Shown: positions 29,339 to 43,032 of the stretch, piece by piece
Position numbering within the stretch: the stretch's first letter is position 1
How the letters are laid out: every line of letters starts with the position of its first letter
NCBI GenBank assembly: GCA_024137785.1
Contig: JAHRHZ010000069.1
Location: forward strand, 22,280,750-22,344,749
Direction: 5' to 3'
From: Ginglymostoma cirratum
Taxonomy: Eukaryota
DNA: 64,000 nt
The notes under the pieces: generated by a model
The model's input: only the letters and a program-made list of their open reading frames with translations
Database searches by the model: none
What the model was told of the DNA's origin: nothing
Made by a program: the position numbers and the translations under genes

Positions 29339-32300
29339 TAAAAAGCAGCATCAAAAACAGATGGTACATGTATTAATTGTTAGATACCAAAAGCAAGTTA
29401 TTACATTCTATGCTGAAAAGAAAACTGATCAAACTTATCAATTCAACCATGTGCCAGGAAGCCTGCTTTGCCATTTGGTATATGATCATCGTTGATTTTC
29501 TGCATCAACTGCACTTTCTGGCCAGTTTCCCATAACATTTGATTCCTCAATGGAGCAAAAGTTTGTGCCCCAGCTTGAAATACAATCAGTAACAGGGCAT
29601 TGTTAAACCTTTGGGATAGACAGTGCCAAAGATTTACAAATCTTTGAATGAAGAGCCATTTCCTAATCTTGGTTGTAAACTATCAACCCCATAAACTGAG
29701 ATTATGGCTGGAATCTTCCCATCCCCTGAATGATGTGGGCATTCATGAGGAAGTTGAGAGACTCACGTGGGATCAACAGTGAGGAGCTTCCTGCCATTTG
29801 TGAGTAAACAGTCTCCTTGTAGGAGTAACCACCCCACTCCCCCGCCCCCAACCGGGGATGAAAACTGGGGAGGGAGGCAGGCAGGATTCGGGCAAGTGGA
29901 AGATGTTTGTTCGGGCAAAATCCAGTTGATGCAAGGAGAAGGCCAAAGAATCTTCCCCGAATCAGAAGGAAGATCAGTGACACACACTGATTTTTGCAGT
30001 GAGAATACAGCTTTTTACAATAATCAAACACTGCATAGTCACTGTCCTTCGTTCTTAATCCATACACCCAATCCCATGGCTCACTTAATGATCGGCAATC
30101 CTGTGGACTGCCCCAGATTCCCATGGCCTTACAGCATTTGGAATCTCTTGGCTTTGGGGTCTTTCTATGAATCCAAATCATTCCATTCCAAATGTTTGCT
30201 GGCTACACTCCTTCCAATCTGTCTCAGGCTTCTTATCTCTAAGGACAGTCTATTATTCACTGTACTACGTATGCTTTAATTTATCAAATTCAGCCATTGC
30301 TCTAATATTTCCCACTGTCCCAATTACATAACGTTAAAATAAAAAGTCAGTGAGTTTTAAACTAATTGCTACAAGGTTAATTTCTGTTATAAAGTTAATT
30401 ACAAAGTATAATGTTACACAACTAATTCTACTGTTAACATTTTGTAGTTTATGGGTTGTGAGCAATCTATTTTGTTCAGGCTATAACAGAAGATGTCTCT
30501 TAAGGCTAGTTAACCTTTACATCCATGCTTAGATGTTTTTTAAATGCTTGTATTATATTCTGGTTATGCATTGAAATCAACTTCTATGATTAAAGCATTT
30601 TTAACTAGAAAGTATTTAATATTGTAAGTACCTTCAAAGAAGTGACTATTTACTACGAAATAACTTTAGCTGTTGTCCTTGCAGCTGCTTAGGGATTTAA
30701 TGTAGCACCTGATGTTATTCATTCACTGGGACAATCATCCTTTCATTAATAAGACTAGAACTAGTCATTTATCTGTCCTAAGGCATTCTTTTATCAGAAC
30801 TGTCTCTGATGGGAACATACAGTGTTCTTTTACTGATCTTTTATAGCAGTTCTGTTCAAAGGCACAGTTCAATTTCACTGTCTGAGCAGGCTGCTTAGTT
30901 TTGTTTACCTTCTGTCTGCCATCTTGTAAGCAGGCATGGGCTGTTTAGTGTGGTCAGGTACAAGTCACTTTATGTAGACAGGTACAGGTCACCCATACAC
31001 ACATGATCCATGTGTTAAACTGAGAGATGAGATTCCAGCATCGGGTGGTGAGAGGCCTAATAGGCACTGGCATATATTAACATTGTCTTTATTATATCTT
31101 CTTACCTCATTAAAATGCAGCTTCCTATTCTCACACCCACTGCATAGAAACTAGTTTAGGCAAATTCCTAATATGTAAGTCAGAGCAAGTACCTGGCAAC
31201 TCCAGCTCAGCGCTTGTTCCTCCGCAATTCGGCAACATTGCAGGGCACATTCCATGAGCTGTAACCATACACACTGTCCATCCAGCAGGGCCTCCAGGTC
31301 CCCATTGATAAAGCAGGTTGTCAATAATCCTTTATCTGACATGTCTGGGACAATTACCATGACCTATACAGGGCGGTGGTGCACTGCCAGTGCCTGTCTG
31401 GGTTTCTTGATGGACTTTCTGGCTGGTGCCAGAAATCCTATGATATTCCAGACAGCACATCCATCTGTGGCAAGTGGGTAAATTAGACAGTGGTAGGGGT
31501 GTGGTGCATGATTAATGAGTTGAGTCTGGGGTAACACAAGAAACTCCACTAGAGCTTGAGGAGAGCAACTTGTGAAACTTGCCAAAACTGAACTTAAGTC
31601 ATTTCTGATAAGATTCAGTCCCGTGTTCCTGTGCAGTCAGTGTCCAGCCAGGACAATCACCTCTCATTCTGCTCCACTCCAGACGGTCAGGACCACATTT
31701 TACTCAGCCTCTCATGATGGAACCTCCCTAACATCCCACAAGTTAATTAGCCTTTGGTGTGCCACTGATGAAGCAATGTCGTATTCTTTGGACATAGCGA
31801 AGGAAATAGTGCACATTTCTCTCCACAACCTGACACAATTGTAGCAAGACTTGCTAATCTGACAAGTAAATCCCCATGCAGTAAAGGCCAAAAGTTAGTT
31901 TGACTTTCTGCATGCTAATTTACAAATACACCCAATTCAAATGAACAATAATTAGAAGTTTTGCATCTTAAAAAATTGAGTTTCTATGTTTTACTAAAGA
32001 AGTGAATAACCTTGTAAACTAATGTATCGAGTTTGTCCTATCTTAAGTGGAATGAAAAACAAGGTTCAGGCTCAATTGAGAAATGAAACATCGCATTGAG
32101 TTGATTGAGTGTTCATATCATTAAAGTATTACTTTTATTGTATGTATGGTTAATGTTTTAGTTTGTGGAGTAGTCTATTTTACTGCAGCAGTAAAACGGT
32201 ATCAAAATTTTCTGTCAAAACTGAAATTTAGGTGGTGAAGGAAAGAACACTAAAGCCAAGACTTTATTCATTTACAAAATTTTATTTTCAGAAACTATTA

Positions 32301-32387
32301 CATATTGCATACTGCCAACAATTTTTATAAAAAGATCTTTCAACTTCCTCTTGTATAAATAAATATTTCTAATTGACTTGTTGAGAC

Positions 32388-32468
32388 ATGTTATGACAGA
32401 CCTCGAAAGGAGGTGGGACTTGAACCCAGACCTTCTGTCAGGCACGCTGCCAGAGCATCACAAAACCT
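32388..32468 (-). mobile_element. tRNA-derived SINE head, second copy
   Basis: aggtgggacttgaacccag shared with 24137-24156. Confidence 0.45.
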
Positions 32469-33389
32469 CTAACAATAACCAGGGCTCTGGCTTACTATTC
32501 CTATGACATTACTACTATTCCAGTATTTTCTCTTTCCAATTAATATCCAGTACCTGAATACAATGAGCCCTTAATTAATGTACACTTAACTTCCAAATGA
32601 TTTTACTAACTTAAATATTAGAGAAGTTGAATAGCTGGAAGAGGCAAGGAATGGATAAGGCCAAGTGGATGTAAGTTCAAACAAAAACTGGATCATCTGA
32701 ATGAGTTCTGATTTTTCTGCTTCACTGAGAAAAAATGTTCATTGATTACGTAAGATGAATAGATACAGTACTCCTAACTTATAAATGGAGAAATCTGATG
32801 ATCTATAGCTTAAAATGGTGAAGCTGTAGTTTTCAGGTTAAATTTTTTCAGAACAACATTTCCCTTGACCGCATTGGCATTGTAATGAAGCTGTCCTATT
32901 CTAGCCGAACTGTTATCCATCACTGAAACTTTCTTTTTATGATGAATGCTGGTGCAAGCATGACATAGTAACAACAAACAAGAAGACATGCATACTGAGT
33001 GATTTTTATCCTTCCTTTTAACGCAAGGTGAAGATGTATATTAGTAATCAGTGCTATGGTTTGCAAACCAAATGTATCCTCATGACTGCCAAAGCAATAT
33101 TATTTATTTATTTATTTAAATACAATAATTTCTTTAAATGTGCAATAGAATATTCCCCCACTTACTCTTGGCTTGATTGCAATCGTAAGTCATGTGTATT
33201 AATAAGAAACCACTGAATTAAGCACGCAGATTAGACATTTCAACTACCGTAATGAAGAACGTGAACAAATAAGGACAATGGTAAATTCTAATACAATGTC
33301 CTGAAATGACTAAATGAGTAGATTAGGAACTGTTAGACTGCAGTGCTGAAATTGATCACCCTGTCTTAGTTTATGAATTATTTGTCACT

Positions 33390-33598
33390 CGTTATCAGAG
33401 CAGGGAAGTTATCCTTGTTGTCCTGGCCAGTATTTATCTTGCAATCAATATAGCAGCTAGTGAGGGCTGACTGCACGTCAGTTGGCTGCCATGTTTCCTA
33501 CATTACAATTTGACTACATTTCAAAAGAATTGTATTGACCGTAAAGTGCTTTCTAATATCCTGTGCTCATGAAAGATGCTAGATAAATGCAAATACTC
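33390..33598 (+). mobile_element. DeuSINE (SacSINE1/AmnSINE1-like) remnant
   Basis: gtcctggccagtatttatc...ttggctgccatgtttcctacattacaa...gtaaagtgcttt...ataaatgcaa matches the recalled Deu domain and tail. Confidence 0.7.
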
Positions 33599-33679
33599 AT
33601 TTTATAGTAGAGTACTTGAATATTGCAATAAAAACAGACGTGCTGTTGGTTCTTTTCATCTTGCAGTCATCAGAACGGA

Positions 33680-34230
33680 GCATAGGATTCAGGAGTAGGA
33701 ATAGTCTGTTTGACCTTTTTTGAATCTCTTTTGAATTTCAGTTAGATCATGGTGGATATGGTTGTAATCCCGGCTCTACTTTGCAGCCTATATCGTCGAA
33801 GATCTGTCAAATTCCATCTTGAATAAGCTTTAAAGACTCATCCTCCGCTACCTCCTGGGTTTAAAACAACTCTTTGTTGTACACAGTAAACCTCTTATTA
33901 AACATTGTCCCCTTGTTTTGCTCTCTCCTAAAAGAGGAAACATTCTTCCTCTGAGTGCCCCAAGATCGTAGATGTTTCAAAAAACACCTCTTCCTTCTAA
34001 ATGCCAATGGATATAGGCCTGATCTGTTCAATCTACATTCATAAAATAAGCCCTTCATCCAGAAGTCAGGAAAACTTTCTGTGTACTCATTGTAAAACAA
34101 TAATTTTTTTTTCAAGTATAGAGACTGAAGCTGCACACAGTCCTCTGGTTGTGGTCTGACCAATGCCCTGTACAGCTACAGTTAAACTTGCTACTTTTCC
34201 ATTCCATTCCCCTGACAATAAACAAAAAGA
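33680..34230 (-). mobile_element. CR1 LINE 3' fragment
   Basis: Minus ORF remnant MVRPQPEDCVQLQSLYLKK...RLNRSGLYPLAFRR. Confidence 0.7.
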
Positions 34231-34582
34231 ATCATAAAGTACACTGTGTTTCAAAGGGACAACAATTTGTACTGCATAACAAAAGGGTGATCTCTAGTTG
34301 AGGTGTTGCTATGGAAAATGTAGCAGACAACAGTGATCCTAAACTTTTGTTTAAATTCAAAGCAGGTAATTTGACTCTGGTCAAGATGGTGGAAAGCGCT
34401 AGGAATTTTTGTTTGATCCTTGTGGTAATCAGCAGTTTTAGAAGGCAAGTGGAGAAAATAGGAAAGGGTGATTTTTAAACAAAATAATTATCCAGTTTAA
34501 AAATGTTTGACTTTCTCAAAGGTCCCCTCGTGTGGCTCTGGTGAAATCTTCTTATTTATATTTACGATTATTTTGTTTTTAG

Positions 34583-34771
<189 letters not shown>

Positions 34772-35036
34772 GTGATTGCTTCCTCTTTTTTTTCTGTTAA
34801 GATTTGGAAATTGTCTCCTTTTTTCACAAATGTCTTATCTTTGTACAGTTTTTGGTTCTAATCTGCTGATACTAATTCTGTACAATTGCTATTTTCCTTT
34901 AAAATGGACTGGAGTAAATATAAGTACAGGCAGGACAGCATCTTTTTCTAACAGGAATATTTGACTTTGTTCAATTCTTCATTGTTCTCATGCCTACTGT
35001 GTATATAACTATACAACAAAATGTTTGTTAAATGGG

Positions 35037-35042
35037 AATAAA
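35037..35042 (+). terminator. Candidate intronic poly(A) signal for isoform A
   Basis: First AATAAA downstream of the isoform A stop. Usage unverified. Confidence 0.3.
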
Positions 35043-35965
35043 ACCACAATTTGAGTTTCCATCCTGGAGCCAAAAGTGGATTGGAAGTGTTTCAATATTT
35101 ACTGATTTAAATGATCATGTTTGCATTAGTCATCATGAAAACATTGTCTTATTGCCAATTATTTAGTTACAGATAGATTTTAATTAACAGCATACTGTAA
35201 TCTCAGTTATCTTTTTTAAAAAATTGCATAAATGCAAAACAGTTTTATACTTGCAATCTGCAGTACTTGTACTCCAGACCTTTCTGATGGAATTTTCTAT
35301 TTAACAAGCTGGTTTACTCGAAAGATATATTCGGATGCTCTTGATGATTTATTTAATGTCTTGCTGCTTCCTTGAAAAGTTTGTGAAGTTTTACATGAGA
35401 ATATGAAGCTGAATTTTAACACTTAAATTTACTAACACCTCTCTTGAATTCAAATGAATGGAATTAATTATTATTTTTAAAAAAGCTATAGTTACCCAAA
35501 ATAGAATTCTCAACTTCCTAAACTTTTGATTTTTTAAAATCTCCATCGCAGTGATGAGCCTCACCTATCTGTAGGGGTATATATTTTTGTAACAAGTTCT
35601 GTAATTAATTTTAAAATGATACATAATGTTCCATTGGATTTAAATGTAATTTGTAAATATTTAAATGAGTCATTGTTTATATGCAATTTTGACTTATTGT
35701 ATTGTGATAAAAAAAATGGAATGCATTTCCCAGTAGAACTTCCTGGTGCTCTTTTTTTTCTGTATCCTTTGGTCTTGCAGCTGCTGTCTTTGCAGTCTAA
35801 TTGATTTTTGCCTGGACAATCTGACTGGAACAATAATAAACATCTTTCCACGATCAACAGAGTGATCAATCCTGTTGCTGCTTACTAATAGGGAATCTAA
35901 ATCTATCTTCTGCTCTTTTTCTCTCTCATCTTTTCTGGGTGCTGGGCTCTTCGTTCTGCCCTCAG

Positions 35966-36054
35966 CGATGATACCTCCTAATCTCTCCTCATGCATGAGA
36001 AGTGACAAGCACGGGGAGTCTTGCTTCTACTTAATGGGCCCTAATCAAAATACG
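35966..36054 (+). CDS. MAGI1: MAGI1 isoform B cassette exon (AMIPPNLSSCMRSDKHGESCFYLMGPNQNT), frameshifting
   Basis: Long pyrimidine tract then ccctcAG, donor ACG|gttggt, 89 nt, phase 1 to 0. Matches recalled mammalian MAGI-1B AMIPPKIAACMRNEKLGEACFYLMGHNQT. Confidence 0.9.
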
Positions 36055-37659
36055 GTTGGTAGACAAATCAATATTTGCTGCTTCCATCTTGCTGCCTTAG
36101 GCTCATACTGTGTTCCATTTATGTCCATTCAGCCATATATCCATGAATATGCTTACATTCATCAATATGCAGGTTTCCAACTGATCATGCTAGCAGAATT
36201 CATTCATTTTGCCTACATTTGTGGGACGTGAGCTGTTTTAGAAGAACCTGATGTTTTTGTATTTAATATAATTCTGTTTTTACGAAGATGGAACATCATA
36301 TTACAATTGGATAAGTCCACCATATCAGTTAGTACACCTTGATTCCACAAATTGAAATTAATGGTGTTTAAAAATTGTATTGACGATGTAAGCAATTGCC
36401 CTAAGTCTTTATTTCAAGAGGTAAATATTTCATGATTCTGAAGGAGGAGGAGGCATAAAATTGAATATTTCATTTTCAAATTTTGTTTCCTTATGAAGCC
36501 TTAAATAGAACAGTGATGTACTTGATTTGCTGTACTGAATATCAACAGAACTTCTTTTGGCCAAGGCATAACAGACAGTTCGGGGTTAGCTGGCTGCTGT
36601 TAAACAGAATCAAATTGTCTGCTTTGAATTTAAAGAAAATTTTGGGATCACTGTTGCCTGCTACACTTTCCATGGCAACACCTCAACTAGAGTTCACCAA
36701 AAAGTATCCTTTCCTTATGCAGGTCAAATTGTTGTCCCTTTCATTTTGAAGTCAGTAGAAAGCGAATTGGATAACCTGTACGGTCCATTATATTTATCTC
36801 AAATTTGGATGATGCACTTTGGAAGTTCTTCATTTGAAGTTATGGTAGAGTTTCAGAATGGAATATCATACCTATTCCCATCATTTGGAGTGAACAGCAA
36901 GACATCTTATCACAAATAATTCTCATCTCTTGTAATTTGTTTTATACAGCCCTGTTTATTGATTTGAAATTGATAAACCTAAATTTTGCTGATTTTGACG
37001 TTGTTACACAACCTGTGAAACAAAAATTGTTATATTGCAGTAGAGATTTTGTTATGTGTGCTAATATCAGAATTTATTTTGTCGATTGAATTGCAAGTCT
37101 TCAGACTAAATTTGAGCCAGTACGCTATGTATAAACTCTATTGTGGTATTAAGTGCATTTAAGTGTTTCTTGAAAAACACTATGCACGCTGCTTACCAAG
37201 GACCCTGTATGTTAAAAGTTTCAACTGAGTATTCGACATTACCAATTTTGGCATTTTTATTCATGTACTACTGTACTCCCAACATAATCGTGCTTCAAGT
37301 TACTCTCATCACATTAAAGGTGTTTTCCTACAAAAGAGGGAAAAAATAAGGTTGCATTACATGATGCCCAACTTGCCTTTTGGATCGGGGGGCTTGAATT
37401 ATTTGTATGTATGAATTGATGCACATCATGAAAAATGGAATCGGATCCTTCACGAGTGCATGAAAGAAGAGGTTAGACTATGGAAATGATAGTGTCTCTA
37501 ATATATTACCATTTGACCAATGAAAAAGATGCAATACCAAGGATTGTATGCAAATTAAATTAGTTAATGAAGAATAGCAGTCCCTGTGCAATTAGCCGCT
37601 CAGTCACCCAGCACAATGTTTGGTTTATCCTATGACTCTTGACTTGGGATTTAAAATGG

Positions 37660-39466
37660 TTTCAAATATAGTTAATGCTAGAAGGGAATGCAAAGTGGCC
37701 TTGGGTTTTATTTGAAACTGGAACTCTGTAGATACCTTAAAGATCAAAGAGGTCGTCGGTGTGGAACCACAGGAAATGAGAGCGATTCTAAACAAATGTT
37801 TTGCAGCCGTATTTACTGTGAACAAACACATGGAACCTAAGGAACTCGGGGAAATAAGTTTTGATGTTTTGCAAACAGTCCATATTACAGAAGTGGAGGT
37901 GCTGGGGGTCTTTTAAATAGATAAATAAATCTCTGGGACCTGATCAAGTGTATCCCAGGACGTTTTGGGAAGCGAGGGAAGAAATTGTGGGGCCCTTAGC
38001 AGAGATATTTGTATCATCTACAGCCACGGGTGAGGTGCTGGAAGACTGGAGGGTGGCTAATGTTGTTGTGCCTTTATTTAAGGAAGGCTGCAAGAAGAAG
38101 CGTGGGAACTACAGACCAGAGAGTCTGATTTCTGTGGTGGGTAATTTGATGGAGGGGATTCTGAGAGACAGGATTTATATGTATTTGGAGAGGCAAGGAC
38201 TGATTAGGGGTATTCAGCATGGCTTTGTGCGAGTGCAGTCTCTCAAACTTGATTTGAGTTTGTTGAGGATGTGACCAAGAAGACAGATGAGGGCAGAGCA
38301 GTAGAGATATTGACTACACGGACTTTAGTAAGGCCTTTGTCAAGGTTCTGCATGGTAGACTGGTTAGTAAAGTTGGATCACATGGGATTCAGGGAGAGTT
38401 TGCCAATTGGGTACAAAATTGGCTTGATGAGAGGAAACAGAGGATGGTATGGAGGGTTGTTTTTGGATTGGAGGCCTGTGACTAGCGGTGTTCTACAGGG
38501 ATTGATGCTGGGTCCACTGCTGTTTGTCATTTATACAAAATGATTTGGATGAGAATATAGGGCGCATGGTTTGGAAGTTTGTGAATGACACGAACATTTT
38601 TGGTATAGTAGACAGTGAAGAAGGTTATCAAAGATTACAAAGGGATCTTGATCAATTGTGCCAATGGTTTGAGGAGTGGCAGTTTAATTTAGATAAATGC
38701 GAGTTGCAACATTTTGGTCAGATGAACAAGAGCAAAACTTACACAGTTAACAGGAAGTTTTGTCGAACAGAGAGATGGAGGGGGTTCAGGTACATAATTC
38801 CCTGAAAGTTGTCACAGGTAGATGGTAATAAAGAAGGTATTTAGCACACTTACCTTCAGTTACTCAGACCATTGTGTGTAAGAATTGGAACGTCATGTTG
38901 AGGTTGTACAGAATGTTGCTGAGACCACTTTTGGGGTACTGAGTACAGTTTTGGTTGCCCTGCTATAGAAAGGATATTATTGAATTGGACAGGGTGCAGA
39001 AAAGATTAACAAGGATGTTAATGGAACGAGAGGGTTTGAGTTATGAGGAGAGGCTGGATACCCTGGAGCTTTTTTCATTGGAGCATAGGAAGTTGTGGGG
39101 TGACCTTTAAAGAGGCTTATAAAATTGTGAGGGACATAGATAAGGTGAACAGCAAAGGTCTTTTCCCTGAGATAAGGGAGTTCAAAAGTAAAGGGCACAG
39201 TTTTAATGTGAGAGGAGAAATGTGTAAAAGGAATTTGAGGGGCAGATTTTTAAGAGGATGGTTCACGTGTGGAATGAACTACCAGAGGAAGTGGTAGATG
39301 CAAGTAGTTACAACTTTTAAAAGACATTTTACATGAATAGGAAAGGTTTAGAAGGATACGGGCCAAACTTAGGCAAGTGGGAGTAGTTTAGTTTGGAAAA
39401 TGTGATCAGCATGGATGAGTTGGACCTAAGGGTCTGTTTCCGTGTTCTATGACTGTATGACTCTAT
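37660..39466 (+). mobile_element. CR1 LINE, 5'-truncated, with frameshifted RT remnants
   Basis: YPRTFWEAREEIVGPLAEIF, GNYRP, SGVLQGLMLGPLLFVIY and KFVNDT, ending in a (ctatga)n-like tail. Confidence 0.9.
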
Positions 39467-40199
39467 ACATCAAGTTACCCCATCTATTGTTAAAGAAATG
39501 CTCCAGAGAGTGTGCACAACTGTACATTTTTTAATATTAGGATTACTGCAAAAGATGTAAAAGTGCCTGGATGGTCAACTGGGATCAATTTAGCTGTTAC
39601 AACTAAACAGTGAATTAGGAGGAATAGAAATTTTACAATGATCCCCAAGTTATCTTAGTTCGGCTTAAAGTGTAAGTGTTCTCCAAAGAAACCAAGTGAT
39701 GATTGAAACAATAGGACAAACATTTGGGAGATTAAAATGATAACTTAAGTCTCTGAGTTCCAATTTTCAGATTGTAACTTAAAAGATATCTGAACAAGGT
39801 TATATTTAATAGCATAATGTCTCTTCTATGGATATCCTTGGGGTATTTCTTTGCTAAATACCTAAATTCCTTGATTTGATTGAATGTTTGCAAGATTTGA
39901 ATATGTTTTTCAGAAAATATGAAGCAGATTAATTCCCCTGTTCTCTTTGTCTGTTTCTCATCTCTTTCTCAGCCCTGAGATTATCTGATGACACAGTCAT
40001 ATTTGGAATCCCAGAGATGTTCTGTGCAAATAAACTGACCTGAAAATGACATTGTCTCTGTTTCAGCAACAAGCTGGCACAAAACCGACAAAAAAAAATT
40101 CAAAATCTAAGCTGCTAACTTTGGCTCCTAGATCTAATTCTACATAGGAACATTTGAGAAAGCTACAGAGCTGCTCATTTCAAATAAACTGCTTCACTA

Positions 40200-42330
40200 T
40201 TGATTTAACCTGAACCTTGCCAACTGTCCATATAAACTCTCCTGTTCATGTTCATGGACATCCCAATACTCTTATCCTCCCAAGTGTGGCCTCATTCCCC
40301 ATCATTTAAATCATTGAGAAAGCCATCTCTAACTTTTTTAATCACACCCCCTACCATTCTCCAGCCACTTCTAACCCCACGACTCATCTCTTCTGGAATA
40401 TCTTTTCCCACAGTCACTTACAACAATGTTTCACAATTTCCCCTTTGGTTTTTATCCTTGCATTTGCCATGATGCTTCTGCAAATATCAGTTTGCTCAAT
40501 CTCACCATCGTGTCTACCTTTTAATGCCTCAGTAACCAGTTTCATTGTTATTTTCCTCAGTACCATCTCCATTTTCACTCCGTAAAACACGGAGTGCAGA
40601 CTTTAATGTTTTGAAACAGGACTGATGTAGCCATTCATCAGCAGGTCTGGATGATTCGCAGTAAATAATACTGGTCCTCCTGTCCTCTGCCAAAACTGCT
40701 TACTGTTCCTGAAACACAAAAATAACTTTTGACTCCTCCTCCGCCTGCTTCTCTGCTGCCTGGCCTGCTGTCTTCCTCCAGCTCCACACTGTTATCTCTG
40801 ACTCCGGCATTGGCAGTTCTTACTATCTCTGAATAACTTTTGACTGTTTTTCTCTAATATCATCTTTCTCCTAAAACTCCCCCTCCATCTTTTCAACCTC
40901 ACCTCCCAAGTGTACAGTAACTCGTGTGTCTGAAATTCAAATCTGTTCAGATGCCTCTGAAACTTTCCTCCTTTGCCATAGCTCTGAAGGTAATTTTTTT
41001 TTTTAGTTTTTTGCCCATATATCCCATCATGTCTTGTCTGAAATCAGCTTGCCTTTGAGAGACACTGCCTTCTTCCTGGGCCCTACTTCCTCTGAACTAA
41101 TGACCATTCAGTTCCTTTTCCTGACCTCTACATGAGCTGATTTCATAAATGTTTCCCTTTTAGACGCAGTCTGTCTGCTTGCCTTTCAAATCTGCCAGAA
41201 TTGTTCACTGCTTCATACAATCCATTTATGGCCATTCTATCCTTGCAAATTGCTGCCCATCTCCCTTCATGTCTTTCCTCTCCAATCAGATTTCCAACCA
41301 GCTGCAGGTGAAAATGGATGTGATCAAAATCACAAATTACCTCCAATATAATTGTAACCATGTTGCATGATCCGTCTTGATCCTTCTTAACCTTCTTGCA
41401 ACTTTTCCATAGTTGACCCCACATTCTCCTCCAGAATATCATCTGGATGGCACTGTGTTTCTGCTTTTACCTATCCAATTAGAGAATCCTCTCTGGTGGC
41501 TTCTCTTCCAATTTCTGTGCAATTACCTTCGGGCCCGCTACCTTAGTCTGTTTTTTTATTTTTCATTGATAACAAAAACAGAAAAATTTCAGACTCCACA
41601 TGTACACTGATGGCCAGCCCTACCTCATCACTAACTTTTGCTTCATCTATTGCCTCAGACTGCTTGTCTGACACCAAATCCTGGATAAGCTAAGACCTAT
41701 TTCAGTTAAACATTGGGAAGGCAATTGCCATTCCGTGGTCACATCCCTTTTCCGAGTCATTGACTAAGGCTGTATCAGAGTGTGCATAATCTTAACCTTC
41801 AGTTGACCGCACAACCCATATCCTCTCCATCAAGAAAAACACAGACTTTCACTTTTGAAATATCGCTCAGCTACACACCTTCCTCAGCAGAAACCCTCAC
41901 CCATGCTTTGATTATCTGCAGACTCAATGATTCCAATGTGCACCTAGCTAGCCTTATGGCTCCCATAGTCTAAAAAAAAATTAAAGTTCTGCTGTCCTAA
42001 TGCTAATGCGAACCTATTTACTCCATGCCTTGTCCTGTATTCATTCTCAAATACAGCCACTGTAAAATTCTCATCCATGTGTTCAAATCATTGCTTCATC
42101 CCATGCCTGTGTTAGTAACATACCCCCATATAACCCTTGGCCAACTCTGGCCTTTTTACTGTCCCTGTTCCTTCACGTTATCATTGTTGACCATGCATCC
42201 TATTGTCTTGGCCTTAAGCTTTGGAATTTTCAATATATTTTTGTCTCTCCAACCCTCCCCCTTCCATTCAGACACTGTTCAAAATTTCCCTCTTCTCCAA
42301 TCCTAATGCTTCATGCTTTGAATTGATGTC
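40200..42330 (+). mobile_element. Ancient L2 LINE remnant
   Basis: Pyrimidine-rich. 41600-41730 resembles the L2 RT segment YADDTQLY...SDCLSD..SW...QLNIGK. Confidence 0.6.
40735..40831 (+). mobile_element. Related PLE pLTR 3' fragment without hammerhead core, nested in L2
   Basis: tgctgcctggcctgctgtcttcctccagctccacac resembles the tails of the other copies. Perfect 14-bp TSD aataacttttgact at 40721-40734 and 40832-40845. Confidence 0.7.
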
Positions 42331-42722
42331 AACATTTGAATTTACATGTGAATTTAATATGTTAAAGGAGTTACGCGAATATAAATAACTGTTGAACATC
42401 CAAGAAATCTGCCGCCTCCTAGCTGGTGAATTAATGATTGTAGTCAGGCCATTGGATAAAACAAAGCATAGATAGGATGGCACATTTATTAAAAAGGAAG
42501 TAAAGCCTTGCATCAGCAGAAATGTCCCATCTATGAGGCCACACCATGGTATGAAGGAGCCTGACTGGTAATTTATCTATCCTCTTGACTGCTCACTATT
42601 TCAGGAAGCAACTATCGTTTTTTTTCCCCCCCTCTCTCTCTCTCAAAAGTGTATTCTATTTGAATTAAAAATGTTGAGTTGGAAAAATGCCAGGATGTTA
42701 AATATAAAATCCTAAACTAACA

Positions 42723-43032
42723 GGGTGGCATGGTGGCACAGTGGTTAACACTGCTGTCTCATCGCAACAGGGACCTAGGTTCGATTCCACTCGGGTGACT
42801 CTCTGTGTGGGGTTTGCACATTCTTCCCGTGTCTGCATGGGTTTCCTCCGGGTGCTCTGGCTTCCTCCCACAGTCCAAAGATGTGCAGGTTAGGTGGATT
42901 GGCCATGCTAAATTGCCCAGTGTTCAGGGATGTGTAGATTAGGGGGAAGTGTCTGGGTGGCATGCTCTTCGGAGGGTCAGTGTGGATTCGAGGGGCCAAA
43001 TGGCATCCTTCCACACTGTAGGCATTCTATGA
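42723..43032 (+). mobile_element. HE1-like V-SINE
   Basis: Box A TGGCACAGTGG at 42734-42744, box B GGTTCGATTCC at 42778-42788, V-domain, tail ending attctatga. Confidence 0.88.

Noticed and set aside
29702-30279. Overlapping 159-170 aa ORFs
   Set aside because: No recognisable domain or splice context; they sit in decayed repeat-like sequence.
32178-32196. Inverted repeat ttttactgc-a-gcagtaaaa
   Set aside because: 9-bp AT-rich arms are expected by chance in 64 kb.
36055-36231. Read-through extension of the B exon (ORF 35875-36231)
   Set aside because: Similarity to MAGI-1B stops at the donor at 36054 and resumes in the last exon.
42723-42800. A/B boxes as a tRNA gene
   Set aside because: Continues into a V-SINE core and tail; it is a SINE head, not a tRNA.
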